Source: Pseudothermotoga sp.
GTDB taxonomy: Bacteria; Thermotogota; Thermotogae; Thermotogales; DSM-5069
Strand: one strand, 5' to 3'
DNA: 47,529 bases
Assembly (NCBI GenBank): GCA_031962025.1
Contig: JAVRKW010000012.1
The notes beneath the pieces were generated by a model. That model saw nothing but the letters and a program-made list of their open reading frames with translations, did no database searches and was not told where the DNA came from. Every line of letters starts with the position of its first letter. The stretch's first letter is position 1. The position numbers and the translations under genes were made by a program. Shown here in pieces: positions 44,239 through 47,529 of this stretch.

Positions 44239-45759
44239 TCAGTGCTTGAAGTGCCTTGTACCTGTAAATACCATGGCTATGTTGTAACGGTTCGCAATTT
44301 CAATAACCTGCTGGTCTCTTATCGATCCACCTGGCTGTATTATCGCCGAGATGCCGGCTTTTGCAGCGACTTCAACCGCATCGCTGAATGGGAAAAATGC
44401 GTCCGAGGCAAGTACAGCGTTTTTAGCTTTTTCACCAGCCATTCTCACACAGTGTTCTGTTGGCCAGAGTCTGTTGACCTGGCCTGTTCCGATGGCGAGT
44501 GTACACAGGTCTTTTGCAATTACAATGGCATTTGATTTTGCGTGCTTGACCACTTTCCATGCAAAGAGCAGATCTGTCATTTCTTTTTCCGTTGGACTTT
44601 TTTCTGTCACAACCTCGAGCTTTTGATAATCCACCGTATCTTTCGTCTGTAAAAGAATACCCCCGCTTATTTTTCTCAGGTCCAGTTCTTCTTGATTCTC
44701 AGAAAAGTCCATTTTCAGGATTCTCAGGTTCTTCTTTTTGGAAAAAACCGCTAAAGCTTCTGTTTCATAATTCGGTGCGATTACCACTTCAAGAAAAATT
44801 TCTGAAAGTCTCTGTGCGAGTTTTCCGTCAACTGGTCTGTTCAGCGCCACAATTCCGCCGAATATGGATACTGGATCGGCTGAATATGCTTTTTCAAATG
44901 CGATGTGAATATCTTCGGCACAGGCAACACCACAGGGATTTGTATGTTTCACAGCAACTGCGCACGGCATATCAAATTCCTTGACAAGCTCAAATGCTGC
45001 ATCTGCATCGCAGATGTTGTTGAAAGATAGTTCTTTACCCTGCAGTTGTTTTGCATTGACAATTGTCGAAGTTCTGGCAAATACGTCTTTGTAGAGTGCG
45101 GCTTTTTGATGTGGATTTTCTCCATAACGCAGATTGCACACTTTTTCAAATGTCTGTGTGAAGGTTTCTGAAAATTCTCTTATGCATAACCTTTTTCTGA
45201 AATACTCGCAAATCATTGCATCGTAATATGCTGTGTGTTCAAAGGCTTTCAGTGCGAGTTTCATTCTCTCCTGTTCTGTGATTTTTTCCTTGGCTGAAAG
45301 TTTATCGGCTAACCATTGATAATCCGATGGATCACAGAGCACCAGGACGTCTTTGTAATTTTTTGCCGCCGATCTGAGCATCGCTGGACCGCCGATATCT
45401 ATGTTTTCTAAGATTTCGTCTATATCATCTGTTTTCTGGACAGTTTCTTTGAACGGATAGAGATTGACAACTACAATATCGATTGGCACAATCGAAAGCA
45501 TTTCAAGTTCTTTGATGTGTTCCTTTTTGTCTCTTTTTGCAAGAATCGCCCCATGGATTGCTGGATGCAATGTTTTCACTCTGCCATCTAATATTTCCGG
45601 GAAAGATGTTGCCTGTTGTACCTGTATGATGTTTAAACCATTTTCTTTCAAATACCTCGCTGTGCCGCCTGTACTGATTATCTGTATGCCAAGCCTGGTT
45701 AAATTTGTGGCAAAGTCAACAATGCCTGATTTGTCGTAAACAGAGATAAGAGCTCTCAT
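44239..45759 (-). CDS. purH: Bifunctional AICAR transformylase/IMP cyclohydrolase
   Basis: [34 protein letters not shown]. Confidence 0.97.
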   Translation of the reverse strand: MRALISVYDKSGIVDFATNLTRLGIQIISTGGTARYLKENGLNIIQVQQATSFPEILDGRVKTLHPAIHGAILAKRDKKEHIKELEMLSIVPIDIVVVNLYPFKETVQKTDDIDEILENIDIGGPAMLRSAAKNYKDVLVLCDPSDYQWLADKLSAKEKITEQERMKLALKAFEHTAYYDAMICEYFRKRLCIREFSETFTQTFEKVCNLRYGENPHQKAALYKDVFARTSTIVNAKQLQGKELSFNNICDADAAFELVKEFDMPCAVAVKHTNPCGVACAEDIHIAFEKAYSADPVSIFGGIVALNRPVDGKLAQRLSEIFLEVVIAPNYETEALAVFSKKKNLRILKMDFSENQEELDLRKISGGILLQTKDTVDYQKLEVVTEKSPTEKEMTDLLFAWKVVKHAKSNAIVIAKDLCTLAIGTGQVNRLWPTEHCVRMAGEKAKNAVLASDAFFPFSDAVEVAAKAGISAIIQPGGSIRDQQVIEIANRYNIAMVFTGTRHFKH

Positions 45760-45763
45760 TTTT

Positions 45764-46390
45764 TCACCTCTCTATGAAGACTCTTCTACCGATTATTTTG
45801 AGTTTACCCTCGGCAAACAATTTCACCGCTTCTGGAAGTATTTCATGTTCTATTTCATGAACTTTCTGCGCAATTGTTTCGGGTGTATCAGAGTCTTCCA
45901 CTGTGACAGCTTTTTGAATGATTATCGGTCCTGCATCTACCTCTTCGTTTACAAAGTGAACTGTCGCACCGGTGATTTTCACACCGTAATCTATCACCGC
46001 TTGATGCACTTTCATGCCGTAGAAATCTTTACCGCAGAAAGAAGGAATCAGCGATGGATGGATATTTATAATCCTGTTTTTAAAAGCCTTAATGAAATGC
46101 GAAGAAAGGATTTTCATAAAACCGGCAAGGACGACCAGCTCTACTTTGTGTGTGTTGAGTATGTCGATCATTCTTTGTTCATAAGCGATCTGGTCTGAAA
46201 AATCCTTTGGTTTTACAGCGTACGATGGTATGGAATGTTTTTCTGATCTTTTTAACGCATAAGCATCTGATCTGTTGCTTATCACCACGGTCACACGAGC
46301 AGGCAGTTCCCCTTTCTCCGATTTGTCGATTATTGATTGAAGGTTTGTACCGTTTCCAGATGCGAGCACACCTACGTTCAAAATTCTCAA
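45764..46390 (-). CDS. purN: Phosphoribosylglycinamide formyltransferase
   Basis: [22 protein letters not shown]. Confidence 0.96.
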   Translation of the reverse strand: MRILNVGVLASGNGTNLQSIIDKSEKGELPARVTVVISNRSDAYALKRSEKHSIPSYAVKPKDFSDQIAYEQRMIDILNTHKVELVVLAGFMKILSSHFIKAFKNRIINIHPSLIPSFCGKDFYGMKVHQAVIDYGVKITGATVHFVNEEVDAGPIIIQKAVTVEDSDTPETIAQKVHEIEHEILPEAVKLFAEGKLKIIGRRVFIER

Positions 46391-47400
46391 ATCACCACAC
46401 CTCTTTGTCCTGTACAGACTTCACCTATCACCCAGGCTTTTTGCCCCATCTGATGAAGTTTTGTGATAATTTTATCCACACTGTCTTTTTCAACAATTAA
46501 CACAAAGCCAATACCCATGTTGAAGGTTCTGAACATCTCTTTTTCTTCTATTTTTCCAATCTTTTGAATAATTTGAAAAACAGGTGGAATCTGCCAGGAA
46601 TTTTTCTCAAGGCGAACTTCAAGCCCATCTGGTATAACTCTTGGAATATTTTCAACCAGCCCTCCACCTGTTATGTGTGCCATCGCATGAATGTCATCAT
46701 CTAAGATTTCAAGGACTGTTTTCACGTAGATTTTTGTTGGAATCAGCAGCTCTTCTGCCAGGGTCTTTTGAAATTCTTCCACGTACGTGTCAAGCTTCAT
46801 ATCTTTGAGAAGGACTTTTCTAACCATTGAAAAGCCGTTGCTGTGAATACCACTTGATGCAAGACCTATGACGATATCTTTGTTTTTTACCTTTGAACCG
46901 TCCAGAATTTTCTCCTTTTCCACTATCCCGACTGCAAAACCCGCAAGGTCATACTCATCTTCTTTGTACATATCAGGCATCTGAGCAGTTTCTCCACCTA
47001 TCAATGCGCAACCTGCTTGAATACAGCCATCACAGAGACCTTTGACTATCTGAGTGATTTTTTCTGGTATGAGTTTTCCAGTGGCAATGTAATCCAGAAA
47101 GAAAAGCGGTACTGCACCGTGAACCAGTACGTCGTTTACACACATCGCAACACAATCGATTCCAACTGTATCGTGCTTGTCCACCATGAAAGCTATTTTG
47201 AGCTTTGTGCCGACTCCGTCTGCTCCTGATACCAGAACAGGTTGTTTGTAATCTTTACTCAACTGAAAGAAACCTGCGAACGCGCCGATATCTCCGAGTA
47301 CTCCACTTGTGTAAGTCGATCTGACGTATTTTTTCATCATCTGCACAGCGATATCTGCTGCATCTATGTCTACTCCACTGTCTTTGTATGTTATAGACAT
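46387..47400 (-). CDS. purM: Phosphoribosylformylglycinamidine cyclo-ligase
   Basis: Y..SGVD, DGVGTK, GGETA, HSNGFS, HITGGG. Confidence 0.97.
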   Translation of the reverse strand: MSITYKDSGVDIDAADIAVQMMKKYVRSTYTSGVLGDIGAFAGFFQLSKDYKQPVLVSGADGVGTKLKIAFMVDKHDTVGIDCVAMCVNDVLVHGAVPLFFLDYIATGKLIPEKITQIVKGLCDGCIQAGCALIGGETAQMPDMYKEDEYDLAGFAVGIVEKEKILDGSKVKNKDIVIGLASSGIHSNGFSMVRKVLLKDMKLDTYVEEFQKTLAEELLIPTKIYVKTVLEILDDDIHAMAHITGGGLVENIPRVIPDGLEVRLEKNSWQIPPVFQIIQKIGKIEEKEMFRTFNMGIGFVLIVEKDSVDKIITKLHQMGQKAWVIGEVCTGQRGVVI

Positions 47401-47409
47401 TGAACCACC

Positions 47410-47529
47410 TCATCTTTTTTCAAACAGATATTTTTTACCTTCTCTTGGAGTTTTTACAGGATAATCACCATTGAAACATGCGATACAGAGATCTTCCTTT
47501 TTCAAACCAACTGATTCGATTAAGCCATC
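47410..47529 (-). CDS. purF: Amidophosphoribosyltransferase, C-terminal fragment (partial)
   Basis: My translation DGLIESVGLKKEDLCIACFNGDYPVKTPREGKKYLFEKR*; upstream of purM. Confidence 0.88.
   Translation of the reverse strand, partial: DGLIESVGLKKEDLCIACFNGDYPVKTPREGKKYLFEKR

Overview
Gene-dense bacterial chromosomal segment. Gene content and order (cmk-ispH-rpsA-der-plsY, hydS/SpoIIE/hydCBA/rex, Prx-ferritin, SigH-like sigma, ROK/ABC sugar locus, purFMNHD) point to Thermotogota, probably Pseudothermotoga-like (inference). Most of the window is core metabolism: tRNA-Asn, a sensory plus electron-bifurcating [FeFe]-hydrogenase operon with a Rex box, an oxidative-stress cluster, translation and lipid genes, sugar ABC uptake and purine biosynthesis. 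The standout signal is missing from the ORF track. Bases 1-200 encode the C-terminus of an IscB-like (IS200/IS605 OMEGA) nuclease followed by its element end. Two decayed copies of that end (21815-21883 and 24117-~24285) sit directly in front of the ATG start codons of a TPR gene and of plsY. All three copies end at the same flanking ATGAA motif and keep an AGGAGG-3 nt-hairpin-7 nt-ATG layout. This suggests the transposon inserts at ATG-AA start codons and supplies a hairpin-bridged Shine-Dalgarno that the host has retained.
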